From a virus: a stretch of 64,000 nt of DNA. Below, in pieces: positions 48,079 through 59,195 of the stretch (the stretch's first letter is position 1; each line of letters begins with the position of its first letter). The translations under genes were made by a program, and so were the position numbers. The stretch is taken from the IMG/VR virus record IMGVR_UViG_3300006141_000001, one strand, 5' to 3'. The notes under the pieces are model-generated. The model was not told the DNA's origin. It saw only the letters and a list, made by a program, of their open reading frames with translations, and made no database searches.

Positions 48079-49782
48079 TTGACAAAACAACAGATTATTG
48101 ATTTACAGGATGAATCTGTATTCGGGAAAAATCTTTATAAATATGTGCAGCTCGCAAGCTGGGTTAATTGGTATCCAGACTTATTTTTAGATATGATAAC
48201 ACCTGAGTCTGGCGGAATAAAATTGCATGTTGACCAAAGGATATACCTGCGTTCCATTATGAGGTTTGCAAGCACTTATGGTGTTTTCCCTAGGGGCTGG
48301 GGAAAAACCTTTGACGAAGTGCTTGCAATGTTTCTTGTTGGGATTCGATTCCCAGATATAGAACTTGCATTAACTGCCCAGACAAAAGAGAATGCGGCAG
48401 AGCTGCTAAAAGATAAGACACTTGAAATTTTAAAGTATTATCCTTTGCTTGAAAACGAACTTGCAGGAGGCACTAGAAAATCAGGGACAAGCTTTTCTAA
48501 AAATGATGGAGAAGTAAGGTTTAAATCTGGTGCAAGGATAGACGTGCTTGCAAACTCGCAGTCCTCAAAAGGACAGCGGAGAAAGAGGATAAACATAGAG
48601 GAAGCCGCATTGCTTAATGATGTGCTTTACCAAGATTGCTTAAAGCCAATCCCAGAAGTGCCACGCTATACCATCGGGAAACTAAGCGTAGTCAACCCAG
48701 AAGAACTGAACCAGCAAATCAACTTCTTTACTACTGCTGGCTTTAGGGGGAGCGATGAGTTCCAGAGAAGCATCCGCATGATTGACAGTATGGTTCATCT
48801 GAATGGCGAAATGGTTCTTGGCTCTTCTTGGTTCCTGGCCTGCTGGTACGGCAGGGGGAGTTCCAAAAGCCAAATATTAAAGAAAAAACAGGATATGTCA
48901 CCAATCGCTTTTGCGCAGAACTTTGAATCACGGTGGGTTGGCTCAACAGATGACGCATTGGTAGATATAAATAAGCTGATGAATTGCCGTTCCCTGACAA
49001 CGCCCATGATTAGTTTCAATAAAGAAAATGAGGAGTTTTATATGGGAGTTGACGTTGCGAGAAGCCAAAAAGCCTCTAATAACCAGTCGTCTATGGCAGT
49101 CGGCAGGGTTATCAGGAACAAAGACACAAAAAGGATTATATCTGTAGATATCCCAAATATTATGACCATATCAAATGTGCTGAATTTCTCCGCGCAGGCA
49201 TGTTTAGTGAAAAAGACAAAAGAAAGTTTCGGTGCCAAGGTTGTAATTGCTGATGGGAATGGGTTGGGCGCTGGCCTGATTGACGAATTATTGAAAGAGT
49301 CGTACGACCCAATCACAGGGGCATATCTTGGATGCTGGAATACCATCAATACTGACAATGAGCCTGAAATAAAGGGTGCGGAAAAATGCCTGTTTGACAT
49401 GAAGGCAACGCATTTACAAAGCAAAGTACTGACAGATTTTATTGATATCGTAGAAAGCAAGAAACTTAAATTGCTTGAGCATAGACAGGATTCTGATTTT
49501 TCACAAAAAGACAAGCAGAATATTGACTTGAATATCGTCCCATATCTGCAGACCAATTTACTGTTTGAGGAAATAGCCAATTTACGGTTAGTCCATAACA
49601 AGAATGGCTCCCTTTCAGTAGAAAAAGTGGTAAAAAAATTGGACAAAGACCGGTTTTCAGCATTAAGCTACCTCATATATTACATCACAGAATACTGCAG
49701 CATTATCAAAGAAAAGAACCACGATATAAACATATCGAAAATAATATCCCTTGCAAGGAAGCCAAGGCTATATTCATATTAA
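48079..49782 (+). CDS. Terminase large subunit (YonF-like)
   Basis: PRGWGKT Walker A, GQRR..INIEEA Walker B, MGVDVAR, IADGNGLG, KDRFSAL. Confidence 0.92.
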   Translation: MTKQQIIDLQDESVFGKNLYKYVQLASWVNWYPDLFLDMITPESGGIKLHVDQRIYLRSIMRFASTYGVFPRGWGKTFDEVLAMFLVGIRFPDIELALTAQTKENAAELLKDKTLEILKYYPLLENELAGGTRKSGTSFSKNDGEVRFKSGARIDVLANSQSSKGQRRKRINIEEAALLNDVLYQDCLKPIPEVPRYTIGKLSVVNPEELNQQINFFTTAGFRGSDEFQRSIRMIDSMVHLNGEMVLGSSWFLACWYGRGSSKSQILKKKQDMSPIAFAQNFESRWVGSTDDALVDINKLMNCRSLTTPMISFNKENEEFYMGVDVARSQKASNNQSSMAVGRVIRNKDTKRIISVDIPNIMTISNVLNFSAQACLVKKTKESFGAKVVIADGNGLGAGLIDELLKESYDPITGAYLGCWNTINTDNEPEIKGAEKCLFDMKATHLQSKVLTDFIDIVESKKLKLLEHRQDSDFSQKDKQNIDLNIVPYLQTNLLFEEIANLRLVHNKNGSLSVEKVVKKLDKDRFSALSYLIYYITEYCSIIKEKNHDINISKIISLARKPRLYSY

Positions 49783-49799
49783 GGAAGGCGGTGTTTTGA

Positions 49800-51344
49800 A
49801 TAGGCACAGGAAATAAAGGCGTGGAGGATGCTGTAAATGCAAATTATAAAGCAGATAAAAATAATATAGATAATTTTTTGGAGAGGAAAACGCCATCTTT
49901 CTCATTCTCCAGTTTAAGGCGCGTAGTATTGTCAGAACTTAGTTATAGGGGAGCATTTAAACATAATAGGATATGCGGATTTAGCAGGCAGAATATAATG
50001 AGCATGGCACAGTACCCAGAAAGGTATGGCGACCAGATTGTAAGGCTGTCAAAATACATGGTCACGAAAAGCGGATATTATAAAAGGCTGGTTGATTATT
50101 TTGTGAATATGGCCATAATTAACTGGACGGTTGACGTGGAAATCAAAAATGAAAAGATGTTTTCCGTAAATCAAAAAACATTCAGGAAAAACTTTGTCAA
50201 TTTCGTGGCGCAAGCCAATAAATTCAAGATTGACAATAGGATTTCAGACATAATGAGGAAGTTATTTGTGGAAGATGCCTGCTTTGGCTTTATAAATGAA
50301 GACGCTATTGACTGCCCCATATACTTTATAGATTCAAAATACTGCGAGATAAAAAAAATAGTCAATGGGAATGTCTATGAATATGCAGTGAACAGAAGCC
50401 TGATAACCAATGACTATTTTGAAACCCTCCCTTCTGACCTGCAGTCTGTCCTGACCAAATCTAAGGAAATATCTTTGAATAACTTGGTAATGATTCCTTA
50501 CGAAAATTCATTCTGCATAAAGTATAATAATGATTTCACATATCTGTACCCACCATTCCTGCCGCTTATCCTGGCAATCCTGGACATAGAGGACATAAAG
50601 GAACTGAATAAGGCAAAATCAGAGGCAGATGCATACAAGCTGATTTATTTGAAGATACCGACTAATGACGAAAGTGAAATTTCAATGGGCGATGAGCTGA
50701 TATCAAAATTCGTGAGCATGACCAGGGAAATCCTGCCAGACAGGTTCGGCGTAGTGCCGTCCCCAATGGACTTGCAGCTTGTCGAGTCAAAATCCACCAT
50801 ATCGGATGACAAGAATAAGGTTGAACAGAGCGTTGACAATTTTTATGGGGAGGCAGGCGTGTCAAAAGCACTGATATCTTCCGCATCAAGCGGGTCAGAA
50901 CTGAAGCTTTCCATGAAGGTAGACTCGTCTGATATATATAGGATATACAGGCAGATTGAAGCATGGGTAGACCTACAGATGAAAATCAGGGGATATATCT
51001 ATGATTCCTACCAGTTTGTCTATAATATAATGCCAACTACTGTATTTGACATTGATGACTTTATTGACAGGCAATTGAAACTTGCACAGGCATCTGTACC
51101 AAACAAAGGGATGCTCCTTGCAGCAAATGGGATAAATACAGCAAAAATGCTGGGAAATTCATTTATGGAACAAGTATTTAAAGAAGACATTTTTGATAAA
51201 TGGGAGGTCTTAAAGACATCTTATACTACTCCTGGCGGAACTGGAACAGAAGATGGCAGGCCTGAAAAAGAAGAGACAGAAATCAGTGATGTGACAGAAG
51301 CAACGCGGAAGAATGATGGGAATGATAAAGATAATAGGGTTTAG
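49800..51344 (+). CDS. Portal protein (YonE-like); start ATA 49800 or GTG 49821
   Basis: ~510 aa following terminase; C-terminal TSYT...GRPEK tail. Confidence 0.8.
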   Translation: MGTGNKGVEDAVNANYKADKNNIDNFLERKTPSFSFSSLRRVVLSELSYRGAFKHNRICGFSRQNIMSMAQYPERYGDQIVRLSKYMVTKSGYYKRLVDYFVNMAIINWTVDVEIKNEKMFSVNQKTFRKNFVNFVAQANKFKIDNRISDIMRKLFVEDACFGFINEDAIDCPIYFIDSKYCEIKKIVNGNVYEYAVNRSLITNDYFETLPSDLQSVLTKSKEISLNNLVMIPYENSFCIKYNNDFTYLYPPFLPLILAILDIEDIKELNKAKSEADAYKLIYLKIPTNDESEISMGDELISKFVSMTREILPDRFGVVPSPMDLQLVESKSTISDDKNKVEQSVDNFYGEAGVSKALISSASSGSELKLSMKVDSSDIYRIYRQIEAWVDLQMKIRGYIYDSYQFVYNIMPTTVFDIDDFIDRQLKLAQASVPNKGMLLAANGINTAKMLGNSFMEQVFKEDIFDKWEVLKTSYTTPGGTGTEDGRPEKEETEISDVTEATRKNDGNDKDNRV

Positions 51345-51349
51345 TATTT

Positions 51350-51562
51350 TTATAAATATTTTAAAACATTCATACACTCTTCCTTTATATATTGTTGAAC
51401 CAACCCACATTTAGGGCAGATATATGTCTCCGTATCTGGTATAGATTAATCTCCTTCACATGACAAATATGGAATTACAGGTTTATCAATTCTAATTTCC
51501 ATTCTAATTACTGATTTTTTAGATAATTTCATTTCAGTTTTGCATTGTTGACATATTTTCAT
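51350..51562 (-). pseudogene. Counter-oriented Zn-ribbon gene with in-frame TAA
   Basis: GGGAGG SD, MKICQQCKTEM...EGD*SIPDTETYICPKCGLVQQY; stop at 51446-51448 separates the two CxxC pairs. Confidence 0.65.
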
Positions 51563-51635
51563 GGTAATCCTCCCTTGCAAAAAATATATTATCATAAATA
51601 TATATATAAAACGCAATATAGATTAGAGAAAAATA

Positions 51636-51935
51636 TTGATTTGTAAAAAATGTAATCAAGTTGTAGATGGTGATTGTTTTTATACAATCCCAGTAGAACA
51701 AAGATTTTTAAGAAATGGAAATCCACTTCCAGAGATATATTCTGGGTTTAATCGGATACCTTGTTGTAAAAAATGTGGAGAAGTTATTGATTATAAAGAC
51801 TTACCATCAGAGAAATTTTGGACATGGTTCACATATTTAGATGAGTCTGTAAGTAGGGAATTAAAAGGGAAAGCACTTATTCGGTATTTTCAGCTGGATG
51901 ATCTGCTTGGAATAAAGAAAGACGTAGGTGATTAA
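51636..51935 (+). CDS. Hypothetical Zn-binding protein
   Basis: CKKC...CCKKCG. Confidence 0.55.
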   Translation: MICKKCNQVVDGDCFYTIPVEQRFLRNGNPLPEIYSGFNRIPCCKKCGEVIDYKDLPSEKFWTWFTYLDESVSRELKGKALIRYFQLDDLLGIKKDVGD

Positions 51936-52125
51936 AATCGGAGAAGTAATTATTTTAGATAAGGAAAAAGCAGATGCCCTGCAGTTGCTAGGGTTTAAAT
52001 ATGTGGTCAGAAACGTTGGAAATAAAGAAGCGTTTGTTTTTATAAAGACACATGAATTAATGAAGGAACTTAACTCAAAATTTGAGAAGGGTTCTTTTTT
52101 AATTACAAAATATCTATGTTTTTAA
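51928..52125 (+). CDS. Small protein, DUF5659-like
   Basis: ADALQLLGFKY...AFVFIKTHEL. Confidence 0.7.
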   Translation: MIKIGEVIILDKEKADALQLLGFKYVVRNVGNKEAFVFIKTHELMKELNSKFEKGSFLITKYLCF

Positions 52126-52155
52126 TTTCATAAAGAAAGGAGGATATATTATCAA

Positions 52156-53664
52156 TTGAAATTCTCAAAAAATCAGATAGTTGGATTTACTTCAAAATTA
52201 TCTAATTTTGAAATAGTAAATAGCGAGTTTACAAGATGCAAATGCTACATACTTGCGACTGGCGATAATGTCAATGGTTCTGATATTACGTATGAGGCTG
52301 TCAAAAAAGCAATGGAAAGAGGGGAATTTTATAATAAACCAGTTGTTGCGCACCTTTACCAAGATCCAGATGATAATAATAAATGGCGAGTTGGCGGGCA
52401 TGACTCAAAATGGGTTATTACAAGGGATTCTATTGAGATTATTAATGAAACAATTCCGTTCGGAACCATCCCAGAATCTTCGGACTTAAAACTGGAGGAA
52501 GTTTTAGAAGCTGATGGAGAGACAATTAATACATACCTTACGTGCCAGCTAATTCTCTGGACAGGGAGATTTAATATTATGGATGCCGCTTATAGCGATG
52601 ATATTTATTTTAACCAAAGCTGTGAAATATCTATAAATGAATATCATTATAAAAACAATGATGTTCTTGCAATAGATGATTTTACTTTTAGTGCCATCTG
52701 TTTATTAAATAAGTCGTCAGACTCTTCTAAGAACATACGTCCATGTTTTCCATCTTGCAAGGTCGAAAAAATAAAATCATTTTCTATTGACGAATCCAAT
52801 TTTAAGAAAAACTTTGAATTGATGTTAAATAAAATCAAACAGTTTGAATCAGATGGGACTGCTGTCCTACCTGTTCAAGATAATGAAAAAACAAAAAATA
52901 AGAAAGGAGCAACTAATATGGAATTAGAAAAGTTTATTTCTCTTCTTTCAGAATTTAAATGCGAAGGCACAGATTCCTTGAAATACGAACTGCTGTCAGC
53001 AGACGGAAATAATGTCTATATGTTAGACAGGGAAAATGGATATAAAATTTTCTCAGTTAAATATGTAATGTCTGATAATGATCCAGTTATCAATTGGACA
53101 ACAAAGACAGAGGGTGATATCGCATTTACTGAAAAAAATGAGGATGCGGAATCTCATCTTACTATGATTTATAATGAGATTAATGATGCATTGTCAAAGA
53201 AATATAAAGAAGACTACTCAAAAATTATTGAGGATAGGCTTCAGGAATACACAAAAGAATATGAAGGCAGGTATGATGAATTACAAGCAGAATTTGACAC
53301 ATTGAAAGATTCTTATTCTGTAGCCAAAGAACAGCTGATGAAGTATAAAGAAATTGAAATGGAAGAAGCCAAACAACGTCATATTGATGCAGTTAAAGAA
53401 ACTCTGGACAAGTTTGAGAAAAAAATGGGCAAACATCCAGAGTTTATTTATTACAAGGCGAAAATGGACAAACCTGAGAATATTGATTTGAAGAAACTCG
53501 AAGATGACTTGACTATGATGATCGGTGAAATTTCAATGAGTGATAACAACACCAAATCTAAGGCTTACTCCTATAACCCCACTTCAACAAGCGTTAAAAA
53601 ATATGGAACTGAAAATGACCTAAAAAGCAGATATGGACATCTGTTTGATGGTTTTATTAATTAA
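52156..53664 (+). CDS. Prohead protease/scaffold (YonD-like)
   Basis: NVNGS, KPVVAH, GGHD, LWTGR, NQSCEI, FSAICLL, PCF; coiled-coil C-terminus; between portal and capsid. Confidence 0.75.
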   Translation: MKFSKNQIVGFTSKLSNFEIVNSEFTRCKCYILATGDNVNGSDITYEAVKKAMERGEFYNKPVVAHLYQDPDDNNKWRVGGHDSKWVITRDSIEIINETIPFGTIPESSDLKLEEVLEADGETINTYLTCQLILWTGRFNIMDAAYSDDIYFNQSCEISINEYHYKNNDVLAIDDFTFSAICLLNKSSDSSKNIRPCFPSCKVEKIKSFSIDESNFKKNFELMLNKIKQFESDGTAVLPVQDNEKTKNKKGATNMELEKFISLLSEFKCEGTDSLKYELLSADGNNVYMLDRENGYKIFSVKYVMSDNDPVINWTTKTEGDIAFTEKNEDAESHLTMIYNEINDALSKKYKEDYSKIIEDRLQEYTKEYEGRYDELQAEFDTLKDSYSVAKEQLMKYKEIEMEEAKQRHIDAVKETLDKFEKKMGKHPEFIYYKAKMDKPENIDLKKLEDDLTMMIGEISMSDNNTKSKAYSYNPTSTSVKKYGTENDLKSRYGHLFDGFIN

Positions 53665-53681
53665 AAAGGAGGAATTTTATT

Positions 53682-54239
53682 ATGGCAAAACATGGAGTTG
53701 CTGAATCAACAAAATTACAGGGTTGCATGAACGTCAGTTTCATTGCAACTGAAGATGTGGACAATGGTTCTATTGTGGCAAATGGCGGCCTTGCTACAGG
53801 GTACAGGGATGTGTATACCGCAAAAAAACCAACTAAGACAGATAGGGTTTATATCGTAATCCATCCAGTTTACGGATATGACGAAAGACTGGAAGAGGAA
53901 AAAAATGAGGATAATTATACGAACGAGGCGGGGAAAATCTTTAGGACTTATGAAGTGAAACCTGATAGGAAATTTAAAGTTTCTAGCGATATGATTACCC
54001 CAATTGACAGTTCTACGCCAGTAGATGAAGGGCAGTATGTTGTTCCAGATGGCACTTACAAACTTTCAGCAGTTGCCACAGAACCAACTGACTCTAAATT
54101 TGTAGGCATTGTTGAATCAATTGAGGAAACAGGATTCCCATATTTTGGAAGTTCTAAAGGTGTGCAGATTTCAAGCATGGGTTATGTATTTGACACTCGA
54201 ATTGTAAAAGTAAAAATCCGTGTATTAAAAAATGATTAA
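53682..54239 (+). CDS. Head decoration/structural protein (YonC-like)
   Basis: DVDNGSIV; directly upstream of capsid gene. Confidence 0.7.
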   Translation: MAKHGVAESTKLQGCMNVSFIATEDVDNGSIVANGGLATGYRDVYTAKKPTKTDRVYIVIHPVYGYDERLEEEKNEDNYTNEAGKIFRTYEVKPDRKFKVSSDMITPIDSSTPVDEGQYVVPDGTYKLSAVATEPTDSKFVGIVESIEETGFPYFGSSKGVQISSMGYVFDTRIVKVKIRVLKND

Positions 54240-54260
54240 TGAAAGGCAGGTAGGAATATT

Positions 54261-55280
54261 ATGATGAAAGAAAACAACACTGTATCATATATGATTAACT
54301 TAATGAAGGATGCAGGTACAAATAGGGTTGTAAATTTTTCCGAGGGGGCAGCAAAGCATATTGATGATGCTTTAAGGCGCGGATATGATGAGATCTTAAA
54401 TGGAGAATTGAATTATACAAGTTTTAGGAATCACAAAAACGAGATCTTTACAATCTGGGAAGAATCTTTAAAACCATCACTTCCAGAATCCTGGAAAACA
54501 AATCCATTTTACAAAAGAGTATGTGAAACACGTAATGGCGCTATCGGTGAGAAAAACGCGTTTACAGTTAAGGATAAAAGCTACCTTGTCGCCGCAAAAT
54601 TTTCTGGTGGGACATGGGATGTGGAAAGGCAGAAAATTGGAAGGGCTAAAGATATCGCCATCGATTTGGAATGGAGTTATGTGTCATGTTATGAGGAACT
54701 GGACAGGTTCCTTAAAGGATATACAACCAGCATTGAAATGCTGAATGAAGTCAAGGAAGGATTCGCTATTGATATGGACAACCGTATTGCCACTGTATTT
54801 AATGGCATGGGCGCATATCTTCCAGCAAAATTCGTCCAGTCCGGTACATATAATAAAGATACATTAGTAGATCTTATTAGGCTCGTCCGCACAGCAAATA
54901 GGAAAAATACTATTGTTGCCGGCTCCCAAAGGTCTGTAAGTAAAATTGCAGATGGGACAAACTCAAACTGGATTTCCAATGCGGCAAAAGATGAATTGGC
55001 TACAAACGGAGTTGTTGTAAAAAATTTAGGGATTGGCTGTGATGCGATTGTTATTCCAGATTCTTTCATTCCTTATACCTATGATTTTGCAGGGGCAGAT
55101 GACACTCTTTATGTCCTTCCAGATGAAAAACTGATTAAAATCTTTTACGAAGGCAATTTAAGGGCAAGAGAAACAAACGAAAAGGATAACCATGACCAGA
55201 CTATTGATATCACGTTTGAACATCTTGTCGGCGTTGAGTTAGTTACATCTAACCTTTTTGCGAAATATACAATCGCATAA
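54261..55280 (+). CDS. Major capsid protein (YonB-like)
   Basis: 339 aa, strong SD, followed by terminator, canonical position. Confidence 0.8.
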   Translation: MMKENNTVSYMINLMKDAGTNRVVNFSEGAAKHIDDALRRGYDEILNGELNYTSFRNHKNEIFTIWEESLKPSLPESWKTNPFYKRVCETRNGAIGEKNAFTVKDKSYLVAAKFSGGTWDVERQKIGRAKDIAIDLEWSYVSCYEELDRFLKGYTTSIEMLNEVKEGFAIDMDNRIATVFNGMGAYLPAKFVQSGTYNKDTLVDLIRLVRTANRKNTIVAGSQRSVSKIADGTNSNWISNAAKDELATNGVVVKNLGIGCDAIVIPDSFIPYTYDFAGADDTLYVLPDEKLIKIFYEGNLRARETNEKDNHDQTIDITFEHLVGVELVTSNLFAKYTIA

Positions 55281-55286
55281 AATAAT

Positions 55287-55311
55287 AGGGCGGCAATTAT
55301 TGCTGCCCTTT
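55287..55311 (+). terminator. Terminator after capsid gene
   Basis: AGGGCGGCAA-TTA-TTGCTGCCCT-TT. Confidence 0.65.
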
Positions 55312-55331
55312 ACTATTTAAGGAAGTCAAAT

Positions 55332-55538
55332 ATGGTAAATAAAAAATTTTTTTACTGTTATTCCTATAAATTAATGTGTTTTCTAAAGTCATATGGGTTC
55401 AGATATATTTCAAAAGGAATAAATACAAATAGCAATTCCATTTATTTTGTTTTTAAAAAATCTAGAGATTTAGACAATGCAATAATTATCTGGAATACAA
55501 TAAAATTCAAGTTAAGGGAGAATAAAAATGGATTATAA
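55332..55538 (+). CDS. Small protein, DUF5659-like
   Basis: FYCYS..L..FLKSYGFRY...YFVFKKSRDL. Confidence 0.75.
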   Translation: MVNKKFFYCYSYKLMCFLKSYGFRYISKGINTNSNSIYFVFKKSRDLDNAIIIWNTIKFKLRENKNGL

Positions 55539-56292
55539 AAAGCTTTCTTTAGAAGATTTAAAGAAGATAGCACGGGAAAAAGGAATTACGTTTGGCAATA
55601 TTGGGAAAGAAAAATTGATCGAAAAAATTAAGAGTTTTGATTCAGAACATAGCGTGAAGTTATTGGCTGACGGAACAGGAATTGAAGAAGATATTACATG
55701 TCCAGAAAGCGATAATACTTCTGATATCCCGCCAGAAAACAGCATAGAAAGTGGCAAGAAAGAAAACGTCATTTGCGCAATCAATGATATTGTTTCAGAT
55801 TTAGAGGATTTTGAGGAAACTGACGAAAAGGATGAGACCATTGAAGAAATTGGGATGGATGAAGAAGTTCCATGCATGAGCATTACATTTGGAGGATTGG
55901 TGTATACATCACCAATTACTGGCGCTACTTATAAATGGCATAAAATCGGAGATGTCGAATACCTATCGGTAAAAGAATTAACTTCTATGAATAACTCTAA
56001 GCCTGTTTTCTTAAATAGGCCATGGATTATATTGCAGGATTTGCGGGCAATCAATAAATTTAGGCTTATGTCTAAATATGAAGAAGTTGCAAAAATCAAC
56101 CAGCTTAAGAAATTATTCGCCACTGGAGATATGGCTCTTATTGTATCAACAATTGATGGGGCGTTAAAATCTGGTATGCGGGAAGTCGTTATTTCGAAGG
56201 TTCGTACAATGTATAATAATGGAATTTTAAACAATACACATATCATCCAGATGCTGGAAGATAAACTACGGTTTGATATTGTGTCTGATTAG
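55528..56292 (+). CDS. Phage protein with N-terminal Rho-N/HeH-like motif (YonA-like)
   Basis: LSLEDLKKIAREKGI...KEKLIEKI. Confidence 0.7.
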   Translation: MDYKKLSLEDLKKIAREKGITFGNIGKEKLIEKIKSFDSEHSVKLLADGTGIEEDITCPESDNTSDIPPENSIESGKKENVICAINDIVSDLEDFEETDEKDETIEEIGMDEEVPCMSITFGGLVYTSPITGATYKWHKIGDVEYLSVKELTSMNNSKPVFLNRPWIILQDLRAINKFRLMSKYEEVAKINQLKKLFATGDMALIVSTIDGALKSGMREVVISKVRTMYNNGILNNTHIIQMLEDKLRFDIVSD

Positions 56293-56312
56293 TTTATAAG
56301 GCAGGTGTCCAT

Positions 56313-56786
56313 ATGGGAAACACAACATTTAAGGAATTAGCGGATTCTGTGTTCCTTAAAATAAAAGACATAGACCTTGCCAACCTTCCGGAGGATATTG
56401 CATACCAAATTGTAAAAGGATATGTAAGGCCTGCATGTGTCCAGTTCCAGTCATGCAATGACCAGGATTTATCTGACAGGGATGACGGATTGGAAGAATT
56501 TAATTTCCATCTGACGGATACGAATTTCGAATTGCTGTCTAATTATATGGTAGTTTCTTGGCTGGATTCCCAGATCCTAACAACAAATAATTTGCGTTCC
56601 AGGCTTACTTCAAGTGATTTCAAAAGCTTAAATTTACATAATCAGCTATCAAAATTAATTGAACTCCGTACAATGCTGAAATCTGAGAATGACCAGCTTG
56701 CCATCAATAGATCATACCTCAATTCCAGCATTTATGACATCGCAACAAAGAAGCCTAAGATGCGGAGGGAAAAATATGAGTTTTGA
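56313..56786 (+). CDS. Head-tail connector-like protein
   Basis: Size and position after capsid; FNFHLTD...YMVVSWL. Confidence 0.6.
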   Translation: MGNTTFKELADSVFLKIKDIDLANLPEDIAYQIVKGYVRPACVQFQSCNDQDLSDRDDGLEEFNFHLTDTNFELLSNYMVVSWLDSQILTTNNLRSRLTSSDFKSLNLHNQLSKLIELRTMLKSENDQLAINRSYLNSSIYDIATKKPKMRREKYEF

Positions 56787-57771
56787 GCTGATGAAGAAAC
56801 GGATTGGGCATAGCGGATCTTCCCTGTACCATGAGCAGGTCAAGGATGCCAGGGATATATTGGCATACGGCTTCCAAGATGACGTGTCGTATAACCCAAA
56901 TATATCAGATTTTACGACTGGGCATGGCATCCCCATTAAGATATATGACCAGAAATACAACGCGACATATGGCATAACGGCAAAATTTTTAGCATTGCAC
57001 GATATGCCAATTGAATTGGGGCAGCTTCTTTTTGATCCACCCAAGAATGAGTATTGGCTATGCGTGGAGTCTTATGACGTTTCTGGGATACATAACGAGG
57101 GGAAATTAGGCAAATGCATGTCCTTCCTAAAATGGCAGGATTCTAATGGGGCAATCCAGTCTACGCCTGTCATCATCACTTCTGCGTCAAAATACAATAA
57201 CGGCGAAATTGGATCGGAGGCTATAAAATTAGGCTCTGACCAGCTGATGATATTTGCGCAGCTGAATGATTCGACCGTTAAATTAGACAGGGGAATGAAG
57301 TTTTTCATAGATGAGAACAGGCAGAACCCAAGCGTATATGAATTAACCCGTATTGATACTGCCCTGTATGCATATATGGGGAAAGGCTTTGTGTCAATCA
57401 TTGTAACGGAATGCACCTATACCCCTACGGATGAGGAACTGAAACTTGGGGTATGCGATTACCATCAGACAGACAGGGACAATGGAACAGGGGAAGGGGA
57501 TAAAGACACTGTTTTTACAGCTTCCATCTCTGGGAACCCTGTTTTAAATGTTGGTTATCCTAGGACATTCCGTATATTGTCTGATGATGAGGGGTTAGAC
57601 TTTAAATGGAATATTGCCTCAGATTTTGACATCAGCATGGAACTAGAGGGCAGGAAAATCAGGCTGTCTACAGATAACAGGTCATTAAATGGGAAAACAT
57701 TTTTATTGCAGGCAGTTTCTAACGGGAATATCATTGCCCAAAAGAAGATTAACATATCGGAAGGATTTTGA
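56776..57771 (+). CDS. Head-closure/neck structural protein
   Basis: GGAGG SD before ATG 56776; neck module position. Confidence 0.6.
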   Translation: MSFELMKKRIGHSGSSLYHEQVKDARDILAYGFQDDVSYNPNISDFTTGHGIPIKIYDQKYNATYGITAKFLALHDMPIELGQLLFDPPKNEYWLCVESYDVSGIHNEGKLGKCMSFLKWQDSNGAIQSTPVIITSASKYNNGEIGSEAIKLGSDQLMIFAQLNDSTVKLDRGMKFFIDENRQNPSVYELTRIDTALYAYMGKGFVSIIVTECTYTPTDEELKLGVCDYHQTDRDNGTGEGDKDTVFTASISGNPVLNVGYPRTFRILSDDEGLDFKWNIASDFDISMELEGRKIRLSTDNRSLNGKTFLLQAVSNGNIIAQKKINISEGF

Positions 57772-57785
57772 CGGAGGTGTTTTAT

Positions 57786-58379
57786 ATAAGGAATTTTTAT
57801 TCTGCTGCAGATTATAAAAACAGGATTATAAACCTTTTAATATCAAGCAAGGATTTTGTCAGGCTGATAAACCCAAAGCCTAGCACTTATGAAGAGATTG
57901 ACACCATAGACGTATTGCTAGGCGGGGAATGGGTCATTAATGGCAAAAAGCATACCGAGCAGGGTTATATATTCGATTACAATTTTGCAGACGACACGAC
58001 TACGGAAGACAAGACTTTTGTGTTTGTTGAAACTGATATAGAATCCATCCATGACAGCATATTTACGGACTTCAATCTCTATGTGGCCATGTTTACAAAA
58101 AAATCCCTTGTGAGGATATCGGACTATACTTCTCCAACTGTCACGCAAGTTAAGGGAATGGGATGCTTCGCCAGTAAATATGCCAACCGTATTGACGCCA
58201 TGTGCGATGTGGCGGACAGGATCCTAAATAAAAATGAAGACGTTAAAGGCATCGGCTTAATAGAGCCGTCACGCATTGGTTTCTGCACTATTTATTCCCC
58301 AAACAGGAATTATTATGGAAAGTGCTTAAAATACCATATACACAATTTAAACGAAAGGGATGATGGGTGTGGTTTATAA
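57786..58379 (+). CDS. Tail completion-like protein (likely ATA start)
   Basis: GGAGGTG SD 6 nt before ATA; NRIDAMCD..DRIL. Confidence 0.6.
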   Translation: MRNFYSAADYKNRIINLLISSKDFVRLINPKPSTYEEIDTIDVLLGGEWVINGKKHTEQGYIFDYNFADDTTTEDKTFVFVETDIESIHDSIFTDFNLYVAMFTKKSLVRISDYTSPTVTQVKGMGCFASKYANRIDAMCDVADRILNKNEDVKGIGLIEPSRIGFCTIYSPNRNYYGKCLKYHIHNLNERDDGCGL

Positions 58380-59139
58380 TAAAGAAAATATGTTGCCATA
58401 CCTTATTTATAATAAGCCGTTCGAATATAACGAAAGCATTTCTGTATATCCTGTCACAATGAAGGATGTGATTACATTCCAGGTTTTATCCCAATCCATT
58501 ACGCTCCGGAAGAATAGCATTTTTAGAGAAAAAAAGATACTGAAAATGACATACCTTGATTTCCTGTTGTATTGCTTTGGCAATGAAGAGATTGAGAAGG
58601 AGTATAAAATATCTGGGCTGTCGCAGTATTTCTATTATGCCATCCAATTGCTGACATTATGCTGTAAGGATGCAGAGATTAAGCTGGATGGGCAGAATGG
58701 CGGCATCCGGATCAATGGATGCTTGGTTACGCCACAGGCCTTTGATGACCTGCGGAGGATTATAATCATTCAGAATGACATTGATTTTGACATTGACGAA
58801 TTTTTAAACTACGACACGGAGAAAAGGCTTCAGCAGGCACAGAAGGATTTGACAAAAGGGATGAAAGCAAATATTGAAGATTACATTGATTCCCTAGTCA
58901 TAGCAATCAATACGACTGAAGACAGGATAATGGATATGACCATAAGGAAATTCTGGAGGTATATCAAGAGATATCAGCTTCATGAAGGGTATACGATAGC
59001 AAAGACTGGCGAATGCAGCGGGTTTGTGTCATTTAAAGAGCCAATAAAGCATTGGATAGTTTCTTTGGATGACGAGGATGACAAGTACAAAGAACTTAAA
59101 ACAAGCCAGCATTCGCTGGCTAAGAAAATAGAAGGATAG
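58360..59139 (+). CDS. Phage protein (tail assembly region)
   Basis: 259-aa ORF upstream of the major tail gene. Confidence 0.65.
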   Translation: MMGVVYNKENMLPYLIYNKPFEYNESISVYPVTMKDVITFQVLSQSITLRKNSIFREKKILKMTYLDFLLYCFGNEEIEKEYKISGLSQYFYYAIQLLTLCCKDAEIKLDGQNGGIRINGCLVTPQAFDDLRRIIIIQNDIDFDIDEFLNYDTEKRLQQAQKDLTKGMKANIEDYIDSLVIAINTTEDRIMDMTIRKFWRYIKRYQLHEGYTIAKTGECSGFVSFKEPIKHWIVSLDDEDDKYKELKTSQHSLAKKIEG

Positions 59140-59166
59140 GGCAGGATCTGTCCCTGTTCTTTTTTT
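59138..59166 (+). terminator. Rho-independent terminator
   Basis: AGGGCAGG...CCTGTTCT followed by T-tract. Confidence 0.6.
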
Positions 59167-59195
59167 ATACAAAAAAATAGAATGGAGGAATTATT